DNA from: Pseudogymnoascus verrucosus
Taxonomy: Eukaryota
Reading direction: 5' to 3' (one strand)
Assembly: GCA_001662655.1 (NCBI GenBank)
Contig: KV460213.1
DNA length: 20,000 nucleotides
Numbering within the stretch: position 1 is the stretch's first letter; each line of letters begins with the position of its first letter. The notes beneath the pieces were generated by a model, which saw nothing but the letters and a program-made list of their open reading frames with translations, searched no databases and was not told where the DNA came from. Below, piece by piece: positions 20,000 to 20,000 of the stretch. A program made the translations under genes and the position numbers.

Positions 20000-20000
20000 A

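Larger units (their letters stand above)
19294..20000 (-). mobile_element. 3' end of a Fot1/Tan1-like (pogo, Tc1-mariner superfamily) DNA transposon, continuing beyond the window
   Basis: TA (19292-19293) is followed by an ACGT-starting 44-bp terminus with two internal direct repeats. The transposase C-terminus ends 59 bp inside that terminus. Confidence 0.9.

Overview
Eukaryotic genomic DNA from a filamentous ascomycete, judged by the short GT-AG introns with CTAAC-type branch sites and the fungal gene families. The window holds eight protein genes whose exon structures I rebuilt by hand. In order: a hormone-sensitive-lipase-type alpha/beta esterase (-), head-to-head with an intronless HET-domain protein (+); a quinate-permease-like MFS sugar porter (-); a secreted, probably GPI-anchored beta-propeller resembling bacterial YncE-like proteins (+); a GST with bacterial-type motifs (-); then, after tRNA-Gly(GCC), an AT-1-family acetyl-CoA transporter (+), a Dal5/Soa1/AstA-family MFS permease (+) and a Zn-dependent sorbitol/xylitol dehydrogenase (+). 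The window ends in the 3' end of a Fot1/Tan1-type (pogo) DNA transposon with an intact 44-bp TIR and a transposase broken by two RIP-like TAG stops. The sequence alone does not prove a new multi-gene system. The best leads are the eukaryotised bacterial-type beta-propeller next to the bacterial-type GST, and the tightly divergent HET/esterase pair. Family assignments rest on motif recognition, not database searches.
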